Origin: Chiloscyllium plagiosum
Lineage: Eukaryota
NCBI RefSeq assembly: GCF_004010195.1
Contig: NC_057719.1
Location: forward strand, 65,219,866-65,272,316
Length of the DNA: 52,451 nt
Direction: 5' to 3'
The notes below the pieces were generated by a model that was given only the letters and a program-made list of their open reading frames with translations, had not been told where the DNA came from and did no database searches. Both the position numbers and the translations under genes were made by a program. Below are positions 25,251 to 37,761 of this stretch, piece after piece (the stretch's first letter is position 1; each line of letters begins with the position of its first letter).

Positions 25251-27449
25251 CTTAATGATATCATTGAAAACTTTGGAGCAATTTCCATTACATGTGCAAC
25301 TGCTTAGGTCTTTACCAAGTGTTACCAATTATCTATGGCTTTATGGGACTTCTAATTAGCTTTGAAGTTCTGGCAGATTTTTTTTCATTTCATTGATCAG
25401 TCGGGACTCAAGCCAAATGACTGACAGAATTATTTAGTCGTTTGGAACTAAATAACAGTCAATGCCTTTGCCAACACAGTTCAGCCAAACATCTCCTAAT
25501 AATGGGAATCACAGCTTTTCCCCAAATTATTTACAAATAATCAGGTCAGTCCAAAGGATGGTTTCAATTGTGTGCAGCTGTTGAGTACGATGGAAAAAGT
25601 AATAATCAGTTCATTTTGAACCATTTGCACCTCAGCCATGGATTTGGATCAGGCCTCTGTTTCTCCATATTGTACCTCATCAGTGTCATGTTCACTGTGA
25701 ATAGTTGCATCTCTGCCAATATCATATAGCTGGTGGATAATTATATTGCTTTATGGGAGCATATGGTAAAGTACTATAATCTCAAGTAAATCTGCGCTGT
25801 TGCTCATGGGACATATTTAGCTCTTTTGAAAAAAAATCAGCTTATAAATGTGGTTACAATAATGAAACCATCCTGTTTTTTTTAAAATAAGCATTTTGCT
25901 TTTGTGTTTGGTACATGATGTAGGTAAACAAATTATTAGATCAAATCTGGGTTGAGACACAGATACTTAGGAACATAAATTAGAAACATTGGATCTGCAC
26001 TAAATTAGTTATTAGTTAATGGTGCACCCATTTTAAAAAAGAATTCTAAATTTAATGGAACTCTCCAAATGACACAATTTCACATAGATTCAGCTGAGAT
26101 GTAATTTAACTCAATCATTACATTGTGCACAAACTTTACAATATTCACTAAACTGGTTATTTTCTAGTTCAGTATTTGCCCTGTTGAATCCACTAACAGT
26201 GACAAAAGTTAACATTCAGCAAAGTTACATTACATGCAAGATTGCAGCCTTAACTCTGGTCTTTCTTTTCACATTAGTGAGCTCACTCATTGTGCAATTT
26301 TGTGTAAACTTCATCAAAGTTGTTAGAGGATAGACAAAATTTGTGCTAAATCCCATAATTATTGTGACCACTGCTGCCTGGCTGTGCTGGATCAGGGTCA
26401 TCTCGCTGACAAAGATCACAAGAGTTAGTTAAAGTTAGCAAATACATTGTTTACTGCATTACTGCATGATACTTAAGATCCACCAAAACTTTCACGTCTC
26501 TACCTTGACAGTGTCGATCTTGCTGTGAGTCTGTCCATATGATATTATCACAGAGGGCGGTGCTTATCACACCGTTCAAGATATTAACCCTTTCAGATTC
26601 ATTGGAATAGTAATCAGATAAATCTTGCATTAAAAGTCAGGTTTTAAAAGCAAAATAATAGCTTTGTGTTTTAATGGAAAGGGCTGTCATTTGACAAGTA
26701 GAAGTTTTCGTTCACTTGCCTGTATGGGAAAAGCGATGTCAATAATGTGTGAGTATGACCAATTTGTTCTAACTTGCTGTTTGGCGAGGTGAACCATTGG
26801 GCTAAGAACTCATTTTAATTAACTCTTCAGTCAAAAAAATGCAACAAATAAAATGTGGCTTTACTATTAATTTGGATGTTGGGATGGGGCGAACATTGTT
26901 TTATGTACAGCAGATTAAAAATCGAAGACAGGAAAGAGTTTACTTTCCAATTTGCCAGAATTAAAAGAATAACTTAGCCCTTCGGTGTGACAAAGTCATC
27001 ATTATGGAATGATTTGATTATGCTACCGCTCACCCATCCTGGGTCAATCTTTCAGCACAGATTTAAAGAGGAACGTTGCATGGATAAAGATTCCATGGAA
27101 GGACTTCCATGAACCAGAAACACTGTTTGTGCAGTTCAAGATCAGGAGTCAATTTTTAGGAGAGTGTATTTTGTATCATCTCCAGGATTCAGACAGTTAG
27201 AGAAATTGAGCTTATTCACAAAATAAACATGCATTCTAAAAACTTTATACTGATACAGTAGATTCAAGCTTCAACATTAGATTCAAGCAGCAGAACTTCA
27301 ACTCATCTAACCCACAGATTCACAGTCTTCCTCACTTCTTTCTCATAATCCTGGAGCCTTTTTCTTGGTAAGAATCTGTGTAGTTTCTAATTACAACCGT
27401 GAGGTTTCCAAACCTTCAGTTTGCAGTACAGGGCTTGAAAATTGCTGGA

Positions 27450-27590
27450 AAAAGACAGATTTTATTGAAGTTTTTCAGCTTGCACTAATCAAGATCAAGC
27501 ACAAGAATACCAATGTAAAGAGCAACCATCATCTATACTAAATGAGTACCGATTGGTTGGCAAGTGGACTTTGATTGGTATAGATGTTGC
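27450..27590 (-). mobile_element. Decayed family-C HHR repeat
   Basis: Reverse complement resembles 33560-33690 (cacttgcca.ccaatc.g, tcttgtg, ttgattagtgcaagctgaaaaacttc). Confidence 0.55.
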
Positions 27591-27820
27591 TTTTTGTTTA
27601 ATTCATTCATGAGATATGGACATTGCTGGCTGGCCAGCATTGCTAGTTTCCCCTTGGGAAGGTGGTGGTAGCTGCCTTCTTGAACCATTATACTCCAATG
27701 CAGTTTGGGAGGGAAATCCAGGAATTTGACCCAGCGACAATGAAGGGATGGTGATATATTTCCACTTCAGGATGGTGAGTGGCTTGAAGAGAAACTTGCA
27801 GATGGTGGTGTTCCTATGTA

Positions 27821-28876
27821 CAGAGGAACATCGATTATCTGAACAAGATGTGCAGGCACTATTTCGTTCACATAATTGATTATTTGGTTAATTGATTCAT
27901 TGCCTTTCCTCTGGGCCTTGGAGTTTTCTGTTAAGTCCGCTCCCCGTTCAGGAGATTAGGAAGCAGCNNNNNNNNNNNNNNNNNNNNNNNNNNNNNNNNN
28001 NNNNNNNNNNNNNNNNNNNNNNNNNNNNNNNNNNNNNNNNNNNNNNNNNNNNNNNNNNNNNNNNNNNNNNNNNNNNNNNNNNNNNNNNNNNNNNNNNNNN
28101 NNNNNNNNNNNNNNNNNNNNNNNNNNNNNNNNNNNNNNNNNNNNNNNNNNNNNNNNNNNNNNNNNNNNNNNNNNNNNNNNNNNNNNNNNNNNNNNNNNNN
28201 NNNNNNNNNNNNNNNNNNNNNNNNNNNNNNNNNNNNNNNNNNNNNNNNNNNNNNNNNNNNNNNNNNNNNNNNNNNNNNNNNNNNNNNNNNNNNNNNNNNN
28301 NNNNNNNNNNNNNNNNNNNNNNNNNNNNNNNNNNNNNNNNNNNNNNNNNNNNNNNNNNNNNNNNNNNNNNNNNNNNNNNNNNNNNNNNNNNNNNNNNNNN
28401 NNNNNNNNNNNNNNNNNNNNNNNNNNACACACACACACACATACACACACACACACCCACACAAACACACCCACACACACACACACGCACACTCACACAC
28501 ACAAACACACACACACACATACACAAACACATACAAACACACAACTTTTTCCACCTTTCCACCTTTGCCCTGTACAGGACAATGTTGGAGAGATTCTCTG
28601 GGGAAGAGGGGTTTAGGGTACACCCCTGTGTAGAAGTCCAGGTAAAGTGTGTGGGGAGAGAGAGAGAAGGGAGGGGAGGTCAGTCGTTTGGAGATGGTGT
28701 CTGGGTTCCCATCGATGTCCAGGACTGTTCTCGGCAGCATTTCAGTAAACCAAGTTTGTTTTTAATCATTGTAAACAAAAGATGCGATCAGTTTTGGAAA
28801 CATGTCTTTGATGTAACGTTTCTATCAGGACCTCGAGATTCGGATAATTGATATTTGGATAATTGAGGTTCCTCTG
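27821..28876. mobile_element. Tc1/mariner-superfamily (pogo/Tigger-type) MITE containing a gap and a CA-rich tract
   Basis: TIRs cagaggaacatcgattatctgaa and (rc) cagaggaacctcaattatccaaa; TA on both sides (27819-27820 and 28877-28878). Confidence 0.85.
28427..28543 (+). repeat. Imperfect (CA)n microsatellite
   Basis: Seen directly. Confidence 0.95.
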
Positions 28877-29031
28877 TACCTGCTGCTGCTGTCATTCCTG
28901 ATCAAAGTGGTCGCAGGTTTGGAAGGTGCTGGCTAAGGATCTATGGTGAATTTCGGCAGTGCAACTTGTAAATAGGACATACTGCTGCTAAGCAGCATTG
29001 ATGGTGGAGGGATTGGGTGTTTATGGATGAT

Positions 29032-29150
29032 GTAAAAACAATGACTGCAGATGCTGGAAACCCTGATGAAGGGCTTTTGCCCGAAACGTCGATTTTGCCT
29101 GTCCTCGGATGCTGCCTGAATTGCTGTGCTCTTCCAGCACCACTGGTCCA
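29032..29150 (+). mobile_element. Minimal (~119 bp) family-A2 mini-PLE: inverted tail + HHR + short arm
   Basis: 11-bp TSD gtttatggatg at 29019-29029 and 29151-29161; the tail is the reverse complement of the tail type at 42545-42575. Confidence 0.85.
29063..29090 (+). ncRNA. Minimal hammerhead ribozyme core, family A2
   Basis: CTGATGA-agggc tttt gccc-GAAA-cg-TC, all core nucleotides intact. Confidence 0.8.
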
Positions 29151-29186
29151 GTTTATGGATGCTTGCCAGTCAAGCGGGTTGCTTTG

Positions 29187-29985
29187 TCATAGAGTCATAC
29201 AGCATGGAAACAGATCCTTCCGTCCAACATAATTCCAAACTACATTAGTCCCACCTATCTGTTCTTGGCCCATATCGCTTCAAATCTTTCTTATTCATGT
29301 ACATATCCAACTGTCTTTTAAACATTGTAATTGTGCCCACATCCACCACAGCCTCACTCCACACTTGAACCACCCTCTGTGTAAAAAATGTGCCTCTCAT
29401 TTCTTTTTAAATCTCTCTCCTTAAAAATGTTCTGCCTTGTCTAGAAAATCCTCATCCTAAACAAAAGACACCTACAATTAGCTTTATCTATGCCCGTCAT
29501 GATTTTATAAAACTTTTATAACGTCACCTCTCAACCTCCTGCTCCAGTGAAAAAAGACCCAGCTTATCCAGCCTTTCTTTACAATCAAATCTCCCGTGCC
29601 TGGCAACATCCTGGTAAATCTGTTCTGAAGTGTCTTCAGCTTAATAATATCCTTCCTATAACTAGTCAACTTAAACTGGACACAATACTCCAGAAGAGAC
29701 CACACGAATGCCCTGTACAACCTCAATGTGACTTCCCAATTCCTATACTCAAAGGACTGAGCAATGAAGATAAGCATGCTAAACACCTTTTTAATCACCC
29801 TGTCTATATGTGATGCAAACATCAAGGAATCATGTACCTGCACTTATTTGGTCCCTCCACTCTACAACATTATCCAAAGCTCTACTATTAATTGTGTAAG
29901 CCCTATCCCTGTTTGTCGTACCAAAATGCAACACATCGTATTTATCCAGATTGAACTCTATCAGCCAATTTTCAGCCCACTGACC
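29187..29985 (-). mobile_element. CR1 3' fragment nested in the LINE
   Basis: ORF text LEYCVQF, RFTRMLPG, LRGDVIKV; (tcatag)n tail; short ttgtc direct repeat at the ends. Confidence 0.9.
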
Positions 29986-30572
29986 TTGTCCTGGACAGTG
30001 TCAAGTTTCTTGAGTGTTGTTGGACCTAAATCCATTCTGGCAAGTGAGATGTACTGCATCACAGTCCTGACTTGTACCTTTTAGATGGTGGACAGCCTTT
30101 CAGAAGTCAGGAGAACGGTTACTCACTCCTGTATTCATAGTCTTGGATCTGCTGCATGGTGGGTCCAGTTGGATGGTGGTAACCCCCAGGATCTTGAGAG
30201 TGGGGTTTCAGTGAATGATAACATGAGCGAATGTCAAGGAATGGTGCTTAGGTTGTTTCTTATTGGTGATGGCCATTGCCTAGCTTTTGTGTAGCGAGAC
30301 GTCCTGACTTGCCATTTGTCAGGAAAAGCTTGGATATTGTCCAGGAGTCTTGTTGATTTGAACATGCACTGCTTCAGTATCAAGAAGTTGTTAAAGGTGC
30401 TGGCATTGTGCAACCTTTGGTAAACATCCCACTTCTCATTTTATGATGGAGGGAAGGTCATTGATAAAATAACTGAAGATGTTTGGGCCGAGGACACTAC
30501 TGTGAGGAACTCCTGCAGCGATATCCTGGAGCTCAGATAATTGACCTGCAAAAACCAAGACCATCTTCATAT

Positions 30573-31545
30573 GTCAAGAATGTATTGCTGGAAAAGCACA
30601 GTAGGTCAGGCAGCATCTGAAGAGCAGGATAATTGACGTTTCAGGCATAAGCCCTTCATCAAGAATGAGGCTTGTGGGCTGGGGGCTGAGAGGTAAATGG
30701 GAGGGGGTTTGGGGGGAACGCAACAAGGACAGAACCCCCCTGGTCCTCAACTTCTACTCCACCAACCTCTGCATATATCGCATCATCCTCTGCCACTTCT
30801 GCCACCTCCAAATGGACCCCACCACCAAAGATATATTTCCTTCCAAACCCCTATCAAGATTCCCTCTGCGACTCCCTCATCAGGTCCACGCCTCCCACCA
30901 GCCACCCCATTCCTGGCACCTTTCCCTGCCACCGCAGGAAGTGCAAACCTGTGCCCATACCACTCCCCTCACCTCCGTTCAAGGCCCCATGGGACCCTTC
31001 CACATCCATCAGATGTTTTCCTGTACCTCCGCCAATCTCATCCACTGTATCCTTTGCACCCAGTATGGTCTCCTCTACATCAGGGAGACAGGATGCCTTC
31101 TTGTGGATCATTTCAGAGAACATCTCTGGGACACCTGCACCCATCAACCCATGGCTGAACACTTCAACTTCCCCTCCCACTCTGTCCTGGACCTCCTCCA
31201 CCGCCGAAATGTTACCACCCGACCTCTGGATGAAGAACACCTCATATTCAGTCATGAGACCCTGCAACCACACAGAATAAATGTGGATTTTAACAGCTTC
31301 CTCACTTACCCTCCCCCCACATTATCCCAGTCCCTAGCCTCCAACCCAGCACCCCCTTCCTGACCTGTCCATCACCTTTCCCATCCATCCGCTCCACTTC
31401 CCCGCCCACAAACCTCATTCCTGATGAAGGGCTTATGCCTGAAATGTCGACTCTCCTGCTCCTCGGATGCTGCCTGACATGGTGTGCTTTTCCAGCAACA
31501 CACTCTCGACTCTGATCTCCAGCATCTGCAGTCCTCACTTTCTCC
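30573..31545 (+). mobile_element. Truncated PLE: inverted terminal repeat + GIY-YIG endonuclease relic + direct terminal repeat with tail
   Basis: FSCTSANLIHCILCTQYGLLYIRETG...FREH is the PLE GIY-YIG motif; 13/14 TSD ccatcttcatatgt / ccatcttcctatgt at 30561-30574 and 31544-31557; inverted decayed HHR at ~30635-30665. Confidence 0.9.
31417..31450 (+). ncRNA. Minimal hammerhead ribozyme, family A
   Basis: attc-CTGATGA-agggc ttat gcct-GAAA-tg-TC-ga. Confidence 0.7.
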
Positions 31546-32158
31546 ATCTTCCTATGTGTCAGACGTGACTCCAAGCTGTAGAGACTTTTGACCCCGATAC
31601 CCATTGATTTTAGTTTTGCTGGCACTCCTTGATGCCACGTTCTGTCAAAAGCAGCCTTGATGTCAAGAGCTGTTACTCTCAACTCACCTCTGGAATTCAG
31701 CTGTTTTGTCCATGTCTGAACCAAGGCTGTAATGAGGTCAGGAGCTGAGTGGCCCTGGCAGAACCCAAACTGGGCATTACTGAGCAGGCTATTGCTGAGC
31801 AGGTGCTGCTTAATAACACTATTGATGACACCTTCCATTCCTTTACTGATGGTTGAGAGTAGACAGATGGGGCAGTAAGTTGTCCTGCTTTTTGAGTACA
31901 GGACAGACCTGGGCAATTTTCCACACTGTTGAGTAGATGCCAGTGTTGTAAATATATTGGTACAGCTTGTCTAGGGGAGCGGCAAATTCTGGAGCACAGG
32001 TTTTCAGTACTTTTTCTGAAGTGTTGACAAGGCCCATAGCCTTTGCAGTATCCAGTGCCTCCAACCGTGTTTTGATATCACGTGGAGTGAATCGAATTGG
32101 CTGAAGACTGGATTTGGTACTGTTGGGGACCCCTGAAGGAGGCAAAGATAGATCATCT

Positions 32159-32367
32159 TTCTTTACTCAGCGAGTCGTGAGTTCATGGAATGCCCTGCCA
32201 GTAGCAGTGGTGGACTCTCCCTCAATATGGGCATTTAAGCGGGCATTGGATAGGCATATGGAGGATAGTGGGCTAGTGTAGGTTAGGTGGGCTTGGATCG
32301 GCGCAACATCGAGGGCCGAAGGGCCTGTACTGCGCTGTATTCTTCTATGTTCTATGTTCTATGTTCT
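32159..32367 (+). mobile_element. Young 5'-truncated CR1 3' end
   Basis: CpG-retaining; (ttctatg)n tail; 7-bp TSD atcatct at 32152-32158 and 32368-32374. Confidence 0.9.
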
Positions 32368-33648
32368 ATCATCTGCTTGGCACTTCTGATTGAAGATTGC
32401 TGAGAATGCTTCAGCCTTATTTGTTGCACTGATGTTCTGGGCCCTCCCAACACTGGGAATGGGGATATTTGTGGATCCTCCTCCTCCAGTGAGTTGTTAA
32501 TTGTCCACCACCATTCACCACTGGATATGGCAGGACAGCTGTGCTTAGATCTGATCCATTGGTTATGGGATCACTTAGCTCTGTCTATCACTTGATGCTT
32601 ATACTGTTTGGTGTGCAAATAATCCTGTTTAGTGGCTTCATCAGTAGCTGGTTCAGTACTTTGTTCTGAATAGCCAAAAGAATATGCTGCTGAAGTGATT
32701 TGTTTGTCTTTGGGGGCTATGGCCTAGATACCTGGCAATACACCAGCACTGAAATTCATATACCGCATTACCTCATTTGTGTAATAGTCAGAATGTCAGT
32801 TTGGCTTGACAGCAGCATCCTGTTAGTGACAGATACAACTTCTGTTGGTACTGTATAGGAGCACCGTGACACAGCGAGTTCACATGTTGCTTAAACCTTT
32901 AAGATAACTTGCTTTCCAGGGTAATCTGAGGTAGACTTGGAACCTTTCAGTGTGCTTGTGTAATATGCAGTGAAAAATGATGAGAGGGGCAGCCATATCC
33001 CACAAGATGTTTTTAATGCACCCGATTTCAACATCAAGTTTGCATAGTGGGAACAAATGGCTCAGGCCATATTTACATGAATGCTGATGAGACCAATCTT
33101 ACAGCATATGGAACAATGTATATCCAATGCGTATATGAATCAGTGAAGGTAGGTTTGAGCGCATAATAATAGAGAATCCCTTGGCTGATTTCTCATCTAG
33201 GAAAGGGAGTTCATTTAACTGTTCCATTTGAGCACAGGATGGAACCAATTGAGACATATTAGCAAATTCTTGCAAGCAGCAGTGGATAACATAAAGCAAA
33301 TGAATCATCAACACATCAAAAATGTACAATGGGTGGGAGCTCTGATGTCTTTCTATTTCATGGAATCAAACAATGATGTGAGATGTAATCCTCATAGGGA
33401 TCCCATTGCAACATAATCTATTTAGGCATGCATGGTGTCATTAAAAGTGAACTCAACAAGTGAATGGTTGAATTCACAAATTCAATCACTACTGATTGAA
33501 TTCATACAATGGTGACAAGTCTAGATTGCATATGTGGTTCATTCACCATGACAAAGCCTTTACCAAACAGCGTTCACTTGCCAGCCAATCAGCATTCTCC
33601 CCTTATTCAATCTATATGTTGGTTCCCTTTAAGTAGGTAGTCTTGTGA

Positions 33649-33686
33649 ATTGTCCTGATGAGTACAACATGAAAAGCTTAGACAAT
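33649..33686 (+). ncRNA. Minimal type-I hammerhead ribozyme, family C
   Basis: attgtc-CTGATGA-gt acaac at-GAAA-agct-TA-gacaat: 6-bp stem I, 2-bp stem II, palindromic AAGCTT stem III. Confidence 0.7.
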
Positions 33687-33859
33687 GTGTGCCCTGTCTG
33701 GTCCTGTGAGCTTTCTTGGACAAAGATTAAGGATTCCTGTGTTGGTAAACCTTTCCACAAATTTAGTAAAAGTACGACTGTCCTGTATTTCCTATTTTCT
33801 TTTGTTATGTTTGATTTTCAAATATAGTTCTTAATTTGAATTTGCCGTCTGTTCAATCC

Positions 33860-34260
33860 TTTGATAAGGATTTACATTTTCTCATGTAATTCCTTTAAGT
33901 TCTGACATCAAATGTGTAATCTTACTGATCAATCCTTCCATAAGTGGAACATCTCTTTTGATATAATGAGTTCAAATCTGCAAGCAGTGCTCCAGATGTG
34001 GGTTAACTAATGTTAAATCCAGCATTAATGTGAGCTCTCTGGATTTGTATGTTGACATTTCCTGTTACATATACCAATATTGTTTTCTTTTAAATCATGA
34101 GAACTCTATGTTGTACTGTTGGCTTTAGTGATCTATGCAACTAAATCCCATCTTGTCCTCTAAGACCTCAAATATAGTTCCACTTAGCACCTAATCCACA
34201 TCAACCTTTTTTCTGCCAGATTTTTCAGACTTACTTATCCAAGTATTAAATTGCATCTTT
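33860..34260 (-). mobile_element. Very old CR1-like relic
   Basis: aatctgcaagcagtgctccagatgtgg is the reverse complement of a P.LEH/YC.Q motif; attaaattgcatc. Confidence 0.45.
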
Positions 34261-35149
34261 TCTTTTTCTTTGCTTACAGATCAACTTTAGAAAGATATTT
34301 TTGAATTGACAGTCATCACTTGGAACTGTTTTGATTAAAATAAGAAACAAAAAAATCTACTGACTATATTTATTTACTCATCTGACATCTAAAAAAAACT
34401 TGTTCCATCATTTACATAGGGTACATTTAGTATTTGGCTATTTAATGAATGAATCAAATAGAGTTTCCACCCTCAAGTAAAGGTACTACATTTTGCATTG
34501 CAGCCAACAGGAGGAGGGGAGAGGAGATAGGGTGGCAGAGCTGGACGAGCAGTGAGTGGACAGTAGCATCTCTCTCTTCTGTTTCCTCAGCATTTTGTTA
34601 GCAGCTGGCAAGATGGAGCATGGTGAAACTCTGGCTGCCACTGAAGGACTCCTCCCCACTGCTGATGGCATTTTATCTGTCACGTGTGCAGACTGCCTGG
34701 TGAACTCTGTTCACCTTGCGCTGGGGTGGGGTGGGGGGGAGTGTGATTGCTTTGTGGGGAGGGGGGGAGGTGGCTTGAGGAGGCAAGCCATCTTGATCAT
34801 GCACTCTGCAGCACATGGAGGGCACATTTCCACAATAACACTATCTCTCCCCACCCCCAGCCATCATCATCAGCAAGACCCCACCATCCCATATTGCAAG
34901 GGCTGCCTGCCCAAAGAGCTGTGAACACACTGTTTGGCTGGCAGTGGTTTGAAGATGGACAGTTTTTGAAAGGGATGGCAGCTCCCTGCAAGATGGTTGA
35001 AATATCCAACCAGGTGTCCAGCCCTAAAATGTCTAAGGAAGTCTTTTGGTCTCTCACAAAGCCCAGATCAAAATCCAGTTCTGTAAAGACACCACACTGA
35101 TGCACCAAATATGATTCACCAAAGAAGTAATCATGTACAGGAACAGCTT

Positions 35150-35410
35150 CCAATTAAATGGTTCCTTTGTTTCTTTTGTCTTATCTTCATTCCCTTTGGC
35201 TCTGGAAACCAAATATTTCTGTCATCCTGCCTTTCACCCTCTCAGAGCTTTCTCTTCCCACACAAACCTTGCTCAAAAAATTGGTTACATCACTAATGTC
35301 TCCCAATTTTGCTGAAGGGTCACAATCCTGAAACATTAACTCTGTTTCTCTCTCTACACAGATGCTGCCTAATTTCCCGGGTTTTCCCAGCATTTTCTGT
35401 TTTCCAGCCA
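35150..35410 (+). mobile_element. Old PLE terminal repeat (family D) with decayed HHR
   Basis: ttgctgaagggtcacaatcctgaaacatta-actctgtttctctct...agatgctgcct...ccagcattttctgtttt; a minus-strand relative lies at 37108-37175. Confidence 0.55.
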
Positions 35411-35439
35411 GAATGCCTTGTTTTTCATTCACATGGTGT

Positions 35440-35770
35440 GCAGTAGCTTATCCGAATGAGATGGGCGGGGAGTATTTTGTTTGGATAATTGATTGTTCGG
35501 ATAATCGATCTGATCATAAACAAGCAGTAATTTATGAGTGCTGGTTATCCGAACATTTCTTGGTTATCCGGTAATGCACGTCATAATGCCGTTTAACCGA
35601 TCTATCATAAACAAACGGTAATTTAAGTAGCGATTATCAAACATTTCTTAGCTATCTGGCAATGCACGCCAATGCTGAGTTGCCTAATGCTGTTTTTACG
35701 GGACCATGAGATCTTGTTCGGGCAATCTGAAATTTGGATAATTGATGTTCAGATAATCGAGGTTGTGGTG
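35440..35770. mobile_element. pogo/Tigger-type MITE relic related to 27821-28876
   Basis: Right end ggataattgatgttcagataatcgaggttgtggtg followed by TA; subterminal sequence shared with the other MITE; internal ~65-bp direct repeat at ~35515 and ~35606. Confidence 0.65.
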
Positions 35771-37761
35771 TATTTTGACTGACAAAGAATCCCAAAGGGC
35801 ACGGCCAGATAGGGGAATAACATACACTGAACATAAAATAGGAATGTTTGTTTCAGTTGGTCCAACTGTCTTTTCTTTGGAAAAGACAGGAGGTTAGTGT
35901 TTCAATACTTGTATCTTCTTAGCTTAGTGAGTAACTCAGGAACAGGGAAAGTAATATATGCCTATATTTTAAATGATGGATTAGTAACAAATTGCTGTTT
36001 ATCATTAACTGGTTAAAAATGCATTGCATAATCAGAATGCAAGGAAGTGAATAATAATGTGTTCCACAGCTTTAATTAAGAGCTGCCTGCTTTTAATCAC
36101 CATATCCTCATTTTTCCAAAATCAAATTGATATAAGTTAATTACCAAGAGCAATTTATCCACCCTGTAGGGGGTTTGACTTCAATTATTCCATCATTTTA
36201 AAAATTGCTTCCAAACCTTTAATTAGAAATAGTAGCAAGAGTGGAGTGAAGAAAACCCCTTAGAGATAGCCAATGGAAAAATATCTATTTTATAGACAGG
36301 ACGATCCTCTCAATTCAGCTGCTGTGCTGCAACCAATTTGAAGAGATGGCTGTTTCTCTGCAAGGTCACCTTGTTCTGTGATTTCATGAAGGAATGCACT
36401 TTTTTTTGTTTTAATATCGCTGAATGATTTTGCATGAGTCAAAACTGGAAGAGTTGATTTAAGACATTTTTTTGGTGCAAGAATTTGAATTGGAAGCATG
36501 CTTATATTTTGAGGGGTCCAAGAGGATGTAAGTGATGAGTTGGCATAACTTTATGCTTGTGAATGAATCAGTACTTAATGGATATGACATGCCCTTCTAA
36601 GCCCTCATACACCTTTTTAAACTCTTCCTTTATTATTCTTGAAGGGGATATGAAATATTTTCTTTTTTTTTTGCAAAATGCTTCCATGCCTGATCCTTAC
36701 GACATTGACTGGGGTACAGTCCAGCTGCTATATTTTCCATTCCATAACCCATCTATAATTCAGATATGAGTCTTTAATGTGAATAATGGCAGGTTCTCCA
36801 CCACAGGCTGGGCAAAGCTTGGTCCTCTCTAAAGCTGACACACAAGTATTTTCCATAAAGATTAATGATAGGGATCAGGTCTTTCACTCCTTACAATTCA
36901 AGGCCATGCTTGCAAGGATAACATCTGAGCATAGTGTTCAGATCTGGGAGGGAAGTTGGACAATATTACATGAAACATTTGATGTAGAGTCAAACATGAC
37001 CATTTTCTTTAAATATAGTCAACATAAATTATAAACTGGTCAAGTCTTCACCTCTGCCATGAGGCTGGTGGTGAGAACTATCTGCTCATTTCCCAATGGT
37101 TCCCAATGTTGGAAATCTGAAATAAATGCTGAAAATACTCAACAGGTCAGGTCATACCTGTGGAGAGGGAAACAATTGGTCTTCAACATCATTGGAATCT
37201 CCAAGTCAAAAATGAAACATTATTGATTCCACTCAAAATTGGTGAGGAAATGAAAGGTAGGGAGGAAAGCAATTGTTTGTATTCCCATACGATTGAATCA
37301 CTGATCCTTGTATAAGGTTTGACTGCAAGATTCCCAGTTCTTCAGTTCTTCCAAAAGAGTAATGAAGTTCCCACAAAGTTCCCATTGTAGATTTCAATGG
37401 ATTCAGAATTCTTTTATCTTATCCACAGAGTGTGTTCATGTTCAGTGAGGAAGGACAGCTGGCAGGCATGTGAGTCCAGAGAAAAATGTGGAGGCTAGAG
37501 GTCCATCTGCCCAACACTAGTTTCTCATGATTACAAAACCAAAGCTGGGTGTCAGTCCAAATTCAAGAATTTGAGGTGACATTGCTACCAATTAAATATG
37601 AGGGTTAGTATCCATTTCATGCTTTAATTGATGTTGTAAATTGCATTGAACAGGTTTCACTTATTTTATTACTTAACTGACTTGGTGATTACAATGACCT
37701 TATCTGTGAATTCTAATACAAGATTATCCTTCATGACCCAAGTGAGGAGGGGGAAATCAGT

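Larger units (their letters stand above)
27590..32645 (-). mobile_element. Non-LTR retrotransposon (CR1/L2-group, clade not determined) hosting five nested insertions
   Basis: ORF text YCPICLLSTISKGMEGVI, QFGFCQGHSAPDL, ALDIKAAFDRTWHQG, WKIAQVCPVLKK; 3' end ...tgaatgaattaaacaaaaa. Confidence 0.9.

Noticed and set aside
27892..28851. Long ORFs with TH/CV repeats
   Set aside because: These are an N-gap plus a CA microsatellite.
34486..35153. Cluster of overlapping ~120-aa ORFs in GC-richer DNA
   Set aside because: No recognisable domain or convincing splice pattern; probably an old transposon relic that I cannot classify.
35515..35670. Spaced direct repeats resembling a CRISPR array
   Set aside because: Only two ~65-bp units inside a eukaryotic MITE, with no array or cas genes.
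36290..36370. AG...GT-bounded candidate exon
   Set aside because: Weak donor site and no recognisable peptide in any frame.
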